Below, in pieces: positions 36,063-46,385 of a stretch of DNA of 64,000 nucleotides. Position numbers and translations under genes: made by a program. The notes below the pieces were generated by a model. It saw nothing but the letters and a program-made list of their open reading frames with translations. It did no database searches and was not told the DNA's origin. How positions within the stretch are numbered: the stretch's first letter is position 1; each line of letters begins with the position of its first letter. Origin of the DNA: a virus; the IMG/VR virus record IMGVR_UViG_3300032309_001546, positions 81,920-145,919 of that record. The stretch is one strand, 5' to 3'.

Positions 36063-39000
36063 ATGGCGTTAAGAAGAAAGAGTTTACAGTCTCCGTCGCT
36101 CTTTAATATTCCTCCTGAAGCGGAAGAAACTTTTAATGTTTATGATAAGCAGGCATTAGAAATAGGTCAGTCAGTAGGAGGTGACAATAGAAGTTATTTT
36201 GATCAAATGCATGAAATTATGACCAAATCTGGTCACAATTTGGTTGGATTTGAATCAAGTGAAGCGGATATGGTAAATCAAACTTTAGGAGGAATGTCTC
36301 CTAGCCGAAGACTAGGATACGGACAAGGGACTCGAGCACATTATCAAAACCCAGAAACAGGATCGGTTAGAAGTGTTATTAATGATGATTTAGATACAGA
36401 TCATGCGGTAAACTGGATGGACAAAGAGGGATGGGAGCAACACCAAGCCAGGCACGCAAAGGCTGCACGTGACATGGGATATGATCTTCCTAGTCTGCCT
36501 GCGTTAAATCCGGATGGAACTGTTGCGCGACCTCATCATGCTGAAGCTGCTGTAGGTAATAGTCCAGGAGTTTCTTCTGCCTCCTCTTCTGCTTCCTCTG
36601 TAGTTGATTCTCCACCGCCAGCCCCTGATCCAGTCCCTGCCCCTATTGAGACTAAAACTCTAGAAGAAAAGAAAGCCGAAGTTTTAGGACAAAGAGCAAA
36701 ACAGCCACAGCGTGTTCCTCAACAGCATAATACTTGGCAAAGAACAGTTAGAGACTATTTAGCAGACGTAGCAAAGCCGCCGGAGCCATCTGCCGACCCT
36801 ACAAAACTTCGAGCAAAAGGCGGAAAGGGTTTTATTCCCACTCCTGTTAGGCAGGCTTTAACAGGAATGGGATATGAAATACCTGAGCCTGAGATGCCAG
36901 GCACACCAGCTCAGGGTGATAACCCGGCGAGTCCAGCGTATCATTCTAGAAAACAGGTTGAAGAGATGTATGGAATGGCAGAACATCTTGCTGGGCGTGA
37001 CCTTGAGAATGAAGCTCGTCTCCGATATTTCAATGATCAGAGGAGCGCGGGTAATGCCCCTGCGGCTCCTGCTAAGCTTGCTCAGGGTGCTGAGAAAGTT
37101 GCACAGGCTGCATCGAGTGGCGCTCCTATTCCACAGCCTGTTAGCGTAGAGGAATATCTTAGTGCTCATAATAAAATGATTAATGATCCGTCTCCGGAGA
37201 ATAAAGCAACAATGGAGCGTCCTGAGTATATGCAGACTCGGGCCAATGAAGGGGCAGCGATAGACAAATCACTGATGGAGCAGGCTAAGGCAGCAACACC
37301 TGCCGGAGCTAAGATTCCACAAGCAGCTGATGCTCCTGCTCAAGCCGCGCAAAAACTTGCTAGTACTGAGTCTGTACCTACGACATCCGCCCCTGCTAGT
37401 TCTGCTGCTCAAGCTGCAGATGATGGTCCAGGTAAATTTGATATGGGCGCTGTTCCTGAAGACAGAATACCAAAGCGCCCTAAGCCTGGGGAGCTAGGAT
37501 CACAAGAATATGTAGATAAACAACAAGCCGAGATAGAAGAAAGACAGCGTGCGCAGGCAAAAAAGAAATATGAGCAGTTGGCTAATTCTGATAACCCTAG
37601 ACATCGAGCTATGGCCGAGAAATTAAAAGCCAGAGCTGAAGGTGGAAATGTTATTAAGGATGGTAAAGCGGCTGGAACTCTTGCAGAGCAACCTGGCTCT
37701 ACTGTACCTAAAATATCAGACTCTCCTGCTGAAGCCGCACAAAAAGTTGCGAATACTGCAAGTGTACCTATTGAGACCGGCGCAGCAGCAGCAAGAAAAA
37801 GTAGTCTCCCTGAAGGCGCAAACAACTTAGGTACTACTAGCACTCCTGGTAGCAACCAAGCTGGTCCAACTACTGGAGCCCAAGCCGCAAGATCTGCCGC
37901 AAATATGTCACCTCCTGCCTTCGGACATCAAGGCGGAGAGGATGGCCCTGGAACCACAAGAGGTCAAGCAGCAAGAGGTGCTAGAGGCGTTGATCCAAAT
38001 CTTGATAGAAGTGTTGACAGAGTATTTGGCGAAGCAACAAATGGAGTTGCTAATAATGGAGCTAAGGTGGCTCCAGGTGCAGCAGTGCGTAAGCGTAGAG
38101 GAGCTGGAAAAACAGGAGGTGCAACTGGTGCAGCTGCGTTTCCTTCTTCTCCTGCGGCAGGAGCTGGTCCAGTTGGCGGGGCTAATGCTCCAGCAGGTTC
38201 ACCAGGCGCAGCACCATTATCTCCTAGTGCGGCCTATCAGGCCCAAGTAGAAGAAGCTAAACAGGCACGAGCTGCAAAAGCTGCTAGGGCAGGTGGTGGC
38301 TCTGGAGCTGCTGCAGCAGGGAAAGCTACCAAAGGATCAAGAACTAATGGAATGCTAAGAGGTATGGCATACAATAGCTCTCTGGTTGATAGAGAATTGG
38401 ACTTAACCACTAGGGGCTTTGTAGCCGGTATTGGATCTATTGCGAATGACCTTGGTCTTAATAGGCGTGTTACGGCATACGGAGCAGACGGAAAGCCGAG
38501 TTCTTACATGGATACTTTTTTTGGAACTACTATTAGAGGTGGAACTGGATATGCACATCCTTTGATGGATGATGCAGGTCGAGTTACTTGGACAACCGCA
38601 AAGACAGTTCAGGCAGCTACTGCTGGTTGGGGAAAACACATTGAAGACTCATTCCAAAGTTCTACTGGAATTATGAAAACAATGACGGGTATTAGGCGGA
38701 GTCTTTACAATGGTCTTGGTGGTGGATCAGATGGATTTATAAATAAAATGCTAACTAAACTTGGAGGTGCTGGTACATTGGTAGCTCCAGTTCTTATGGG
38801 TGCAACAGCGATTGCCGACTTCAGGCAAGGTTACAAGAAGGGTGGAGTGTTTGGAGGCATTGCTGGTGCTGGCAAAGGCATAGTTGCTGGCTGGATAATG
38901 AATAAGGTAGTTGCTGCCGCTCTACTTAATCCTGTTACTACTCTTATTGCTGGCGGCGCTATTGCCGCTGCTGCCTATGCAACATATAAAATCTTTGACG

Positions 39001-39251
39001 TACGAAATCAAGGAAATAACTATCTAAGACAAAGACAGATGCAAGGACCCTCATGGAAGAGTGGGCCAAGCGCAGGAATGAGTAGCTCTATGGGTAATAC
39101 AATTAGACAGCGAAGCATTCATGCTATGGAGAATTCACGATTCAATGCAATGAGATCTATGGGCAATGAATCCTATATGATTACAGCTCCGAAAAGCAGA
39201 TATGCTAACTCAACATCAATACACAGTACGGCTCCAATGCTATCTTATTAA
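36063..39251 (+). CDS. Ala/Gly/Pro-rich putative virion protein with C-terminal hydrophobic segments
   Basis: 1062 aa, just upstream of TerL. Confidence 0.65.
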   Translation: MALRRKSLQSPSLFNIPPEAEETFNVYDKQALEIGQSVGGDNRSYFDQMHEIMTKSGHNLVGFESSEADMVNQTLGGMSPSRRLGYGQGTRAHYQNPETGSVRSVINDDLDTDHAVNWMDKEGWEQHQARHAKAARDMGYDLPSLPALNPDGTVARPHHAEAAVGNSPGVSSASSSASSVVDSPPPAPDPVPAPIETKTLEEKKAEVLGQRAKQPQRVPQQHNTWQRTVRDYLADVAKPPEPSADPTKLRAKGGKGFIPTPVRQALTGMGYEIPEPEMPGTPAQGDNPASPAYHSRKQVEEMYGMAEHLAGRDLENEARLRYFNDQRSAGNAPAAPAKLAQGAEKVAQAASSGAPIPQPVSVEEYLSAHNKMINDPSPENKATMERPEYMQTRANEGAAIDKSLMEQAKAATPAGAKIPQAADAPAQAAQKLASTESVPTTSAPASSAAQAADDGPGKFDMGAVPEDRIPKRPKPGELGSQEYVDKQQAEIEERQRAQAKKKYEQLANSDNPRHRAMAEKLKARAEGGNVIKDGKAAGTLAEQPGSTVPKISDSPAEAAQKVANTASVPIETGAAAARKSSLPEGANNLGTTSTPGSNQAGPTTGAQAARSAANMSPPAFGHQGGEDGPGTTRGQAARGARGVDPNLDRSVDRVFGEATNGVANNGAKVAPGAAVRKRRGAGKTGGATGAAAFPSSPAAGAGPVGGANAPAGSPGAAPLSPSAAYQAQVEEAKQARAAKAARAGGGSGAAAAGKATKGSRTNGMLRGMAYNSSLVDRELDLTTRGFVAGIGSIANDLGLNRRVTAYGADGKPSSYMDTFFGTTIRGGTGYAHPLMDDAGRVTWTTAKTVQAATAGWGKHIEDSFQSSTGIMKTMTGIRRSLYNGLGGGSDGFINKMLTKLGGAGTLVAPVLMGATAIADFRQGYKKGGVFGGIAGAGKGIVAGWIMNKVVAAALLNPVTTLIAGGAIAAAAYATYKIFDVRNQGNNYLRQRQMQGPSWKSGPSAGMSSSMGNTIRQRSIHAMENSRFNAMRSMGNESYMITAPKSRYANSTSIHSTAPMLSY

Positions 39252-39279
39252 TAATAGAAATTTAAAAAATAAGAATAGC

Positions 39280-41421
39280 ATGAAAGAAAAAATCTTAAAT
39301 TTATCTGATCTTTACAAGAAGGTCGACACCGAGAGCATAGATGTTTCCTATGTTGACTATTGGAGTAAGATCCAAAACAGCATAATTCAAGAGTACATAG
39401 ATACCTATGGACTTAGAACTAAAACAAAAACAGGAGCAGCATGTTCAGTAGGATGTGAGAACTGCCAAGTCTCACATATAGAGAAGTATAAGAAAGACTA
39501 TCCTACGCATCCTATTGAAAGTAAAAGAAAAATAAAAGCAGATCCTAAAGCTTTTCCAACTCATGCTTTCCAAATTAGTTGTCCTCTTATTCCTAAAGAT
39601 TATCTTGAACAGTATTCTGACTTTGCCAGTGAGCTTTCTGCTGAAGAGAAAGATGCTTTAGTTATTAACACTGATCCGGTCACATTTGCTAGTAAAATGT
39701 TCAACTGGAAACCAAGAGCACATCAAGAGATTGCACTTAGATGTCAAAGCAAAAAGAAAGTTTATCGATTTGGGCGGCGTTCTGGTAAGTCGGATGCTCT
39801 TGCTATTGAAATACTATTTCATGCATTTACTAGAATTAGAGAATATTTTGATGAAGACATTAAAGAGAAAGTTAATGGGATTAAGATTCTTGTTTGTTGT
39901 CCTTTTGATTCTCAGGTAACTGCAATATTTAATAGAATACTTGAATTGCTTAATAGTAATGCTAGTTTAAGAAAAGAATTTAGATATAAGCAATCACCTT
40001 ATCATCAGTTAAGATTGGATAATGGTGCAATTATTTCTGGGTTTACTACTGGCAGCAATGGCGCTAGCGCAGTAAGAGGCCAGGACGCTCATGTTATCAT
40101 CCTTGATGAGGTTGATTACATGACTGAGAAGGACTTTACTACAATCCTTCCAATCGCCCAGTCCCATGGTGATTGTCTAATTAGAGCTGCCTCTACCCCT
40201 AGTGGTCTTCGTAGTAAGTTTTATGAATGGTGCCAAGAAGCAGCCGACTGGAAAGAGTTTTATTTCCCAACAGCTGTTATTGATGAGACTCCTTTCGCAC
40301 AGGCTAAGATCTCTTGGAAAAGTCTTCGCAATGAAATGAGACGAGAGTATACAAGTGATGGCTGGTTACAAGAAGTCATGGCTATGTTTATTAGCAACGC
40401 AGATGGCGTGTTTGCTGCTCCACTGGTTGCGAGTGCAATGGATGGCTATACTTATAGTCAAATGAGAGAAGCTAAAATGAAAGGAGACCTTGCGGGTTTT
40501 AGATACAGCCTTGGAGTTGACTGGAATACTAGCTTTGGTACTTGGATATGTATTACTGGATTTCATCCACAAGTTGGATTACAAGTAATGGAAGTTGTTA
40601 ATGTTCCTAAACAAAACTTTACTCAGCTACAAGGTCTTCAAAAAATAACTGAATTGCTTAGCTTTTGGCAACCTCATCATATCTACGTTGACAAAGGTCA
40701 TGGTGCAACACAATGGGAGACATTGAAAATGTGGTCTTCCCAGCAGAAAGCTGGGACTTACGAGTTTAATGTACAAAGAAGAATCAAAGCTTATGACTTT
40801 GGTAGTAAGGTTGCAATACGAGAGCCATCAAGTGGGCGAATTATTGAACATCCTGCTAAACCATTCCTTGTAGAAAATGCAGTTAGAAGATTCGAAGATA
40901 AGATGATTAGGTTTTCTTTTGAAGATGATTTGCTTAGAAAACAACTACTTAACTATATTATTAAGTCTCGTCAGCCTAATGGGACTCCTGTATTTGGACA
41001 AGATAATACAAGTATTGGAGATCACGCACTTGATGCATTTATGCTAAGTCTTGTAGCATTTACAATAGAAGAAGGACCTTTAGCTATGTCTAGAGGAATA
41101 GTTTCTAATTTTGGAATAACTGAAACTCTCGGACATTCTATTCTAAGCGAACAGAATCAAGATCCACATAATAAGAAATTAACAGGTGGAGAGTTGCTAA
41201 GGCAATTGCAAAATGAAAGGAACTCTGCTATAGATAGCAGGAAAAATGGCTCTGGTCCTTATGAGAAAAAGACAGAGCACTACAGTGACCTTGATAGAAG
41301 AGCATGGGAAAGAGATATGATTGTTACTAGAGATGGCAAAGGAAACATGGGACAAGCAATAGCTCCAGTGTTTAACTCCCGACACAATTACCAACGACCA
41401 AGTGGTCGAACTATTAAATAG
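39280..41421 (+). CDS. terL: terminase large subunit
   Basis: GRRSGKS Walker A, IILDEVD Walker B, ASTP coupling motif, RNase H-like GVDWN...DHALDA. Confidence 0.93.
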   Translation: MKEKILNLSDLYKKVDTESIDVSYVDYWSKIQNSIIQEYIDTYGLRTKTKTGAACSVGCENCQVSHIEKYKKDYPTHPIESKRKIKADPKAFPTHAFQISCPLIPKDYLEQYSDFASELSAEEKDALVINTDPVTFASKMFNWKPRAHQEIALRCQSKKKVYRFGRRSGKSDALAIEILFHAFTRIREYFDEDIKEKVNGIKILVCCPFDSQVTAIFNRILELLNSNASLRKEFRYKQSPYHQLRLDNGAIISGFTTGSNGASAVRGQDAHVIILDEVDYMTEKDFTTILPIAQSHGDCLIRAASTPSGLRSKFYEWCQEAADWKEFYFPTAVIDETPFAQAKISWKSLRNEMRREYTSDGWLQEVMAMFISNADGVFAAPLVASAMDGYTYSQMREAKMKGDLAGFRYSLGVDWNTSFGTWICITGFHPQVGLQVMEVVNVPKQNFTQLQGLQKITELLSFWQPHHIYVDKGHGATQWETLKMWSSQQKAGTYEFNVQRRIKAYDFGSKVAIREPSSGRIIEHPAKPFLVENAVRRFEDKMIRFSFEDDLLRKQLLNYIIKSRQPNGTPVFGQDNTSIGDHALDAFMLSLVAFTIEEGPLAMSRGIVSNFGITETLGHSILSEQNQDPHNKKLTGGELLRQLQNERNSAIDSRKNGSGPYEKKTEHYSDLDRRAWERDMIVTRDGKGNMGQAIAPVFNSRHNYQRPSGRTIK

Positions 41422-41428
41422 AGGACTT

Positions 41429-41866
41429 ATGGCTTTAAAATTATTTACTCTAGAAGACGATAATCAATTCCATGAAGTTGATAACGTTACTAAGAGAATA
41501 ACTTCATTTCATGACACCACTGATGGCTCATATAGCATATCTAGGTTCTACCTAGTAAATGATCCATTAGAATTAGGTTATGAAAACATTACTATTACTC
41601 TTGTAATCAATGGACTAGAAAATGGTCCAATTTCACAAAATGGTATTGTTTATCAACTGCTAGCAATGCGCAATGAAACTGCTCTCCCAGAGAATAATGT
41701 CTGGGAAAATATTCCTTTTAATAATGAAATTGCAATATCTAACATTGAAGCTGGTGTTGAATCTTATCGCTACTTCGCACTAAGAACTTACGTTCCTCGT
41801 GGCCATGGAGCTAACTATATTAACGAAGCAAATCTAAAGGTTCTAGCTACTGAAATAACAGGTTAA
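41429..41866 (+). CDS. hypothetical virion-module protein
   Basis: GAGG RBS before ATG 41429. Confidence 0.7.
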   Translation: MALKLFTLEDDNQFHEVDNVTKRITSFHDTTDGSYSISRFYLVNDPLELGYENITITLVINGLENGPISQNGIVYQLLAMRNETALPENNVWENIPFNNEIAISNIEAGVESYRYFALRTYVPRGHGANYINEANLKVLATEITG

Positions 41867-41867
41867 A

Positions 41868-44213
41868 ATGAAAATTGGAAAAATTAAAAAAGATGGAGAT
41901 CCTGCTCCGATTATAGGACTTGACGTAGAGCTAGCTCCTGACGGAGCAAAAGGTGTAATTAACCAAAACATTACGCTAGAAGAGGTCTTGGAAGAGACTA
42001 TAAGAAATAATCCTTCGGCTATAACTGATGACTCTGGTAATGTTGATCCTGAAAAGCTTCAACAGCTTGTGAGGGATATATCAATAAAGATTAATGCACA
42101 GTCTAACTATAATCAAACATTAGACACTCCTGTCTACAAGGCAGGTAGTAACAAGACAAACTGGGATCCAGAAGAAGTTGCAGCCTTAAAGCAATCAAAT
42201 AGAGAAAGAGCTGCAGACTTAATGAGAAAGATAGAATCTTCTCTAGATAAAGTAGATAAAGAGCTTGAAGATCTTGATTACTATATCGAGTACGACACAT
42301 CTAATCCTAGATTCGTTATGCTGGCAAAGTCTCTGTTCCCAGACCACACTCTTGGAGTTTTGCAATTCAAAGAAATTAATGAACTTAAGAAACTAAGAAG
42401 TCGAATAGGGGCAATAAAGGCAGCTGAGAAGACTAATAAATATAATAAAAAAACCAATAATCCTCTTATAAATCTGAATAAAGAATTTGAGCCAGAGCTT
42501 CAGGCTGCTTTGAAGTATGCTACTTTAAAGGCAGAAGCAGCTACAATTGAATCTATGAAGTTATCCATAATGGGCAATCAAGTAGAAGCTGAACGGACTT
42601 TAGCTACAGGCACAAGAGATCTTGCTATCCAATTGGGATGGGACAGTTTTGTTAGCGATATTACATCGGCAAGAGAAAAACCAATTAGGCTAGTAGATGA
42701 AGATGTAAGTTTTCCAAGAGATCTTCTTGAATTTGCAGGTGCCATTGAAGAAGACGAGGTTTTAATTACTGAGAATAATATAGGCTCAAAAGTTAGTCTT
42801 ATTCCTTTACAGAAGCAACTAGTAAAGGGAAAACAATCTACTGGCTATATTAGAGACTTACTTGGTAAGCTTGATGAGCAAAGTAGTTATGTTGATAATG
42901 TTCTGAATGGCAAGAAGCCTGTTCAGATAAAAAGAGGAAAGAATGGAAAGGTTGAGTATGATCCTATTACAATAGAAGATTGCTGGAAGTGTTTTAAGCT
43001 TTCCTGGGATGGACTAAAAGATTTCTCTGCCGGTATAGATATAGAATATGATGCTAAACTTGCGTTAGACAATATTGAGTATATGTATAAGAAGATAAAT
43101 TATGCGTTTGACTTACCTTACTTGATACAGCAAAATCTCTGTAGTCTTGTTAGGCTAGGCAGTTTGTGTCCAATCGAATTAGCTTTTCTTCTTTCATCTT
43201 TTCTTGGTCTATTCATGTTTACATGGAAAGAAATGTTCAGTCTTAGTGCGGCTGGATCTTTCCTAAAGGACCTACTTTTTCAAGGATTGCTTAAGCCTAT
43301 CCTTGGAGGATTACAGATTGGTCTCCAGCTTTCTGTCGGGCCTCTGCCTACTTATAAAAGTTGTGTATTAAACTCAATAACTAATCTTCAGTCTTTTGAT
43401 AATACTCTTGGTAGTTATGGCTTTAAAGTAAGCGAACTATCTGATTGGCTTGATGGCAAAGCAGAAAGTGTAGAGAGTGAGAATGGACAACTTATATTGC
43501 AAAAACTTATAACTGAAGGTAAAGCTGTTGCAGGCTTTGGAGAGACTGGAAATGAAGTTAGATTAGGAGAAGATGTACTTGCTCCAATGAGAGACACAGT
43601 TGTAAGCTGGGCAGGCGGAGATACTAAGGATAAGTTCTGGACTACAGTCACTAATCCCTTACTTGGTATAGGCGCACTTGATGCTCTTGAGATGTTTAAG
43701 GGCGCACTTGAAGATTTCACTGTATTTGCTGGAGAGCAGTCTGATATAGTTAAGTCTATCCTCAAGGCAATTGAATTTACTATGAAGGATGAAGGAGATT
43801 CGATTGTTGAATTGGCCGCTAAGCTTGCAGGTCTTGGTACATGTATTAGCCTACTGTATGGAATCTTCAGCGGCTTTAAGGATGCAAATATTGATGCTTG
43901 TATAAAGATGGAGATGCCAAATGGCGCAGGCAGTCCTTCAATTCTTGAAACACCTTTCACTATACCAGAGCTTGCTGAACGATTGAATATCACTGATATT
44001 AAATATGACGAAGCGGTAATCTCAAGGAATCCTAGCGCTGAAGGTTCAGCAGAGAAAGCTCTTGGCCAACAAGCTTATCTTTATAATCCTTTAACTGATA
44101 AAAGATTTAACTTAACTAATTGCGATAGAGCAAAATCATCTATAATAAGCAAAGGCGAAAGCTTGGAGTTCTGGAAGCGCATTGCACTAGGAGCAAATGT
44201 AGACAATGTTTAA
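41868..44213 (+). CDS. hypothetical protein between TerL and portal
   Basis: 781-aa ORF with hydrophobic segments. Confidence 0.7.
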   Translation: MKIGKIKKDGDPAPIIGLDVELAPDGAKGVINQNITLEEVLEETIRNNPSAITDDSGNVDPEKLQQLVRDISIKINAQSNYNQTLDTPVYKAGSNKTNWDPEEVAALKQSNRERAADLMRKIESSLDKVDKELEDLDYYIEYDTSNPRFVMLAKSLFPDHTLGVLQFKEINELKKLRSRIGAIKAAEKTNKYNKKTNNPLINLNKEFEPELQAALKYATLKAEAATIESMKLSIMGNQVEAERTLATGTRDLAIQLGWDSFVSDITSAREKPIRLVDEDVSFPRDLLEFAGAIEEDEVLITENNIGSKVSLIPLQKQLVKGKQSTGYIRDLLGKLDEQSSYVDNVLNGKKPVQIKRGKNGKVEYDPITIEDCWKCFKLSWDGLKDFSAGIDIEYDAKLALDNIEYMYKKINYAFDLPYLIQQNLCSLVRLGSLCPIELAFLLSSFLGLFMFTWKEMFSLSAAGSFLKDLLFQGLLKPILGGLQIGLQLSVGPLPTYKSCVLNSITNLQSFDNTLGSYGFKVSELSDWLDGKAESVESENGQLILQKLITEGKAVAGFGETGNEVRLGEDVLAPMRDTVVSWAGGDTKDKFWTTVTNPLLGIGALDALEMFKGALEDFTVFAGEQSDIVKSILKAIEFTMKDEGDSIVELAAKLAGLGTCISLLYGIFSGFKDANIDACIKMEMPNGAGSPSILETPFTIPELAERLNITDIKYDEAVISRNPSAEGSAEKALGQQAYLYNPLTDKRFNLTNCDRAKSSIISKGESLEFWKRIALGANVDNV

Positions 44214-45750
44214 ACTAAAAGCACAAGTTATCAATCTTAAGAATCTTGCATCATCTGTTAAGGTAATAGACGATGCTGAGAGTAAGATGCCTGCTCCTAA
44301 TTTAGAGAAGACAAAAGATCCTGTCTTTAACTATAGAACCACTCGTCCATACTTTATGAACGACTGGCAGAAGCTAGAGCATGACTTCAAAGAGATTGAT
44401 AAGGTTGCTACGATTGAAGCTTACTTACAAATTAGCTTTGATAAGAAGCTTTCTTTATTTATGAAAGAGGGCTATGAGGTTATGGGCAAGGATCCGGATC
44501 TTGTAGAGTATATAGAGCGTCGGCTAAAAGAAGTATGCTACGTTAGCCGGACTACGCCTAGGCAGTTTATAACTGATATAGCTAAGAACATTATTAGATA
44601 TAGTAATTGTTTCGTCCTTGTTAAACGCAATGACAAGACATCTGGTGGCTACACTAGAACAGACTCTAAAGGGCGCAAAATACCCCCAATTAGCTCACTT
44701 CATATACTTCCTACCAGTATGGTACAGGTAAAGGTCAACGACCTTAAACAGCCCGTAAAGTATCGACAATACAGCGAAGAGGACTGGACAGAGAATACCC
44801 GTCCTACGACAATCTATGAGCCTAGCGAGATTATACATTTCCATGTTAATAAGCTTGAAGGCTTTATTGTTGGTACTCCAAGATGTAGTGCTGCTATTGA
44901 AGATATTAAAGCTTTACGTCGAATCGAAACTGACGTAGAAGTTTTACTTCACCAGAGTATCTTCCCAATTGTCCAATACAAGATTGGGACAGATGCAATG
45001 CCAGCTACAATTCTTCCAGATGGTAGAGATGAGATTAGTATGGTTACTGAGGTTATTAATAATCAGCCACCAGAAGGTTTCTTTGTTACTCCTGAGCGTC
45101 ATGAAATTAAGATGATTGGCGCTGAGGGTCGTTCGCTCAGAGCAGAAGGTTATCTTGATTATTTCAAGAAGCGTGTTCTTGCAGCTCTTGGTCTATCAAC
45201 AGTCGATATTGGTGAAGGCGATACGGCTAACAGGTCAACTGCAGCCACTATGTCTAGTAGTCTTATTAATGCTGTTAAGAGTGACCAGCTTGTTCTTGAG
45301 GAACAAATTTACGCTAATCTTATTGTTCCTCTTTTACAAGAGAGTACAGAGGATAATTCATTTGACTGGCTTGAGCCAAAGAATAAAATTATTCTAAGAT
45401 TCAAAGAAATAGATGTTGAAAATCAAATAAAGAAAGAAAATGCTGCAATTCAGCTATGGTTGAATAGCGCAATCACGCATGATGAACTAAGAGATCGTAT
45501 TGGTATGTCAAGCTCCACAGATGATGACTGGGATCACTCATACTATAAGATGGTTACGGAGGCTCAAGAACTTCTTAGACTTGGAGCTAATCCAATGTCT
45601 CCGCTTGCTGAGACTTCTGCGAAGAGCGATAAGACTCCAATGTCTTCCGGTGATTTACAGAAGGCAAGAGATCTAAGAGCTGGTGCTGAGGCAAAGAAAG
45701 CAGCTGCCCCTGGACAAGATCCAGCAGATATTAAAAAAAAAATTCAATAG
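44206..45750 (+). CDS. portal protein
   Basis: Position after TerL; EIIHFH...GFIVGTPR...EDIKALRRIE and AITHDELRDRIG portal-like motifs. Confidence 0.85.
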   Translation: MFKLKAQVINLKNLASSVKVIDDAESKMPAPNLEKTKDPVFNYRTTRPYFMNDWQKLEHDFKEIDKVATIEAYLQISFDKKLSLFMKEGYEVMGKDPDLVEYIERRLKEVCYVSRTTPRQFITDIAKNIIRYSNCFVLVKRNDKTSGGYTRTDSKGRKIPPISSLHILPTSMVQVKVNDLKQPVKYRQYSEEDWTENTRPTTIYEPSEIIHFHVNKLEGFIVGTPRCSAAIEDIKALRRIETDVEVLLHQSIFPIVQYKIGTDAMPATILPDGRDEISMVTEVINNQPPEGFFVTPERHEIKMIGAEGRSLRAEGYLDYFKKRVLAALGLSTVDIGEGDTANRSTAATMSSSLINAVKSDQLVLEEQIYANLIVPLLQESTEDNSFDWLEPKNKIILRFKEIDVENQIKKENAAIQLWLNSAITHDELRDRIGMSSSTDDDWDHSYYKMVTEAQELLRLGANPMSPLAETSAKSDKTPMSSGDLQKARDLRAGAEAKKAAAPGQDPADIKKKIQ

Positions 45751-46385
45751 CGCCGCCTAGTGGCAAAGCTAATGCTAATGCTGTTAGACCTACAAATCAG
45801 CACGGTACTAAAAGTGGTCCGGGAAGTTTAGTTACTAATAGTATCTTGGACTTCGATGAATATAGAGAAGATGTAAATGGACTAGTTAGCCATCTAAAAG
45901 AGAAGGCTGACTATGACATTCATCCTGAGTTTACTGTTGACGCTGCCTTTGAGCGTTTCTCTATTATGCTTAAAGACAACAGTATTAAGGCTTACATAAA
46001 AGGCTACTCTGAATACGCCGACTCTTCTAACTTAACGAATGAGACGCATACTGGTAATATAGAATTCCAGCTAAAGGTTCAGAAATTCTTTATAGATAAG
46101 TTACACATTGAAATGCGCAATCGCCAAGGTAGTACTATAACTGATACTGCTAAGACGATTGGTCACAGGATGATGACTATCTACGAGACAGAAAGAATGA
46201 GAAGTTATAACTGGGGTGTATTCAATGCTTTAAAGGATAGTGGCGAAGAATCATACCAGGTATATAATCAAAGTAGTCAGTCTATAATAGATAATAGAAA
46301 AATCTCAGATAGTAAGTATTATGACTTACCACCTGATCATCCTAATAGCAAAGTCATTATAAGGAAGGCTAATGAAGATAAGTAA
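45741..46385 (+). CDS. MuF/minor-head-like domain, probably the -1-frame continuation of the portal
   Basis: Frame open from the A10 run; ETERMRSYNWG and LPPDHPNS resemble MuF motifs; no convincing start of its own. Confidence 0.6.
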   Translation, partial: NSIAPPSGKANANAVRPTNQHGTKSGPGSLVTNSILDFDEYREDVNGLVSHLKEKADYDIHPEFTVDAAFERFSIMLKDNSIKAYIKGYSEYADSSNLTNETHTGNIEFQLKVQKFFIDKLHIEMRNRQGSTITDTAKTIGHRMMTIYETERMRSYNWGVFNALKDSGEESYQVYNQSSQSIIDNRKISDSKYYDLPPDHPNSKVIIRKANEDK

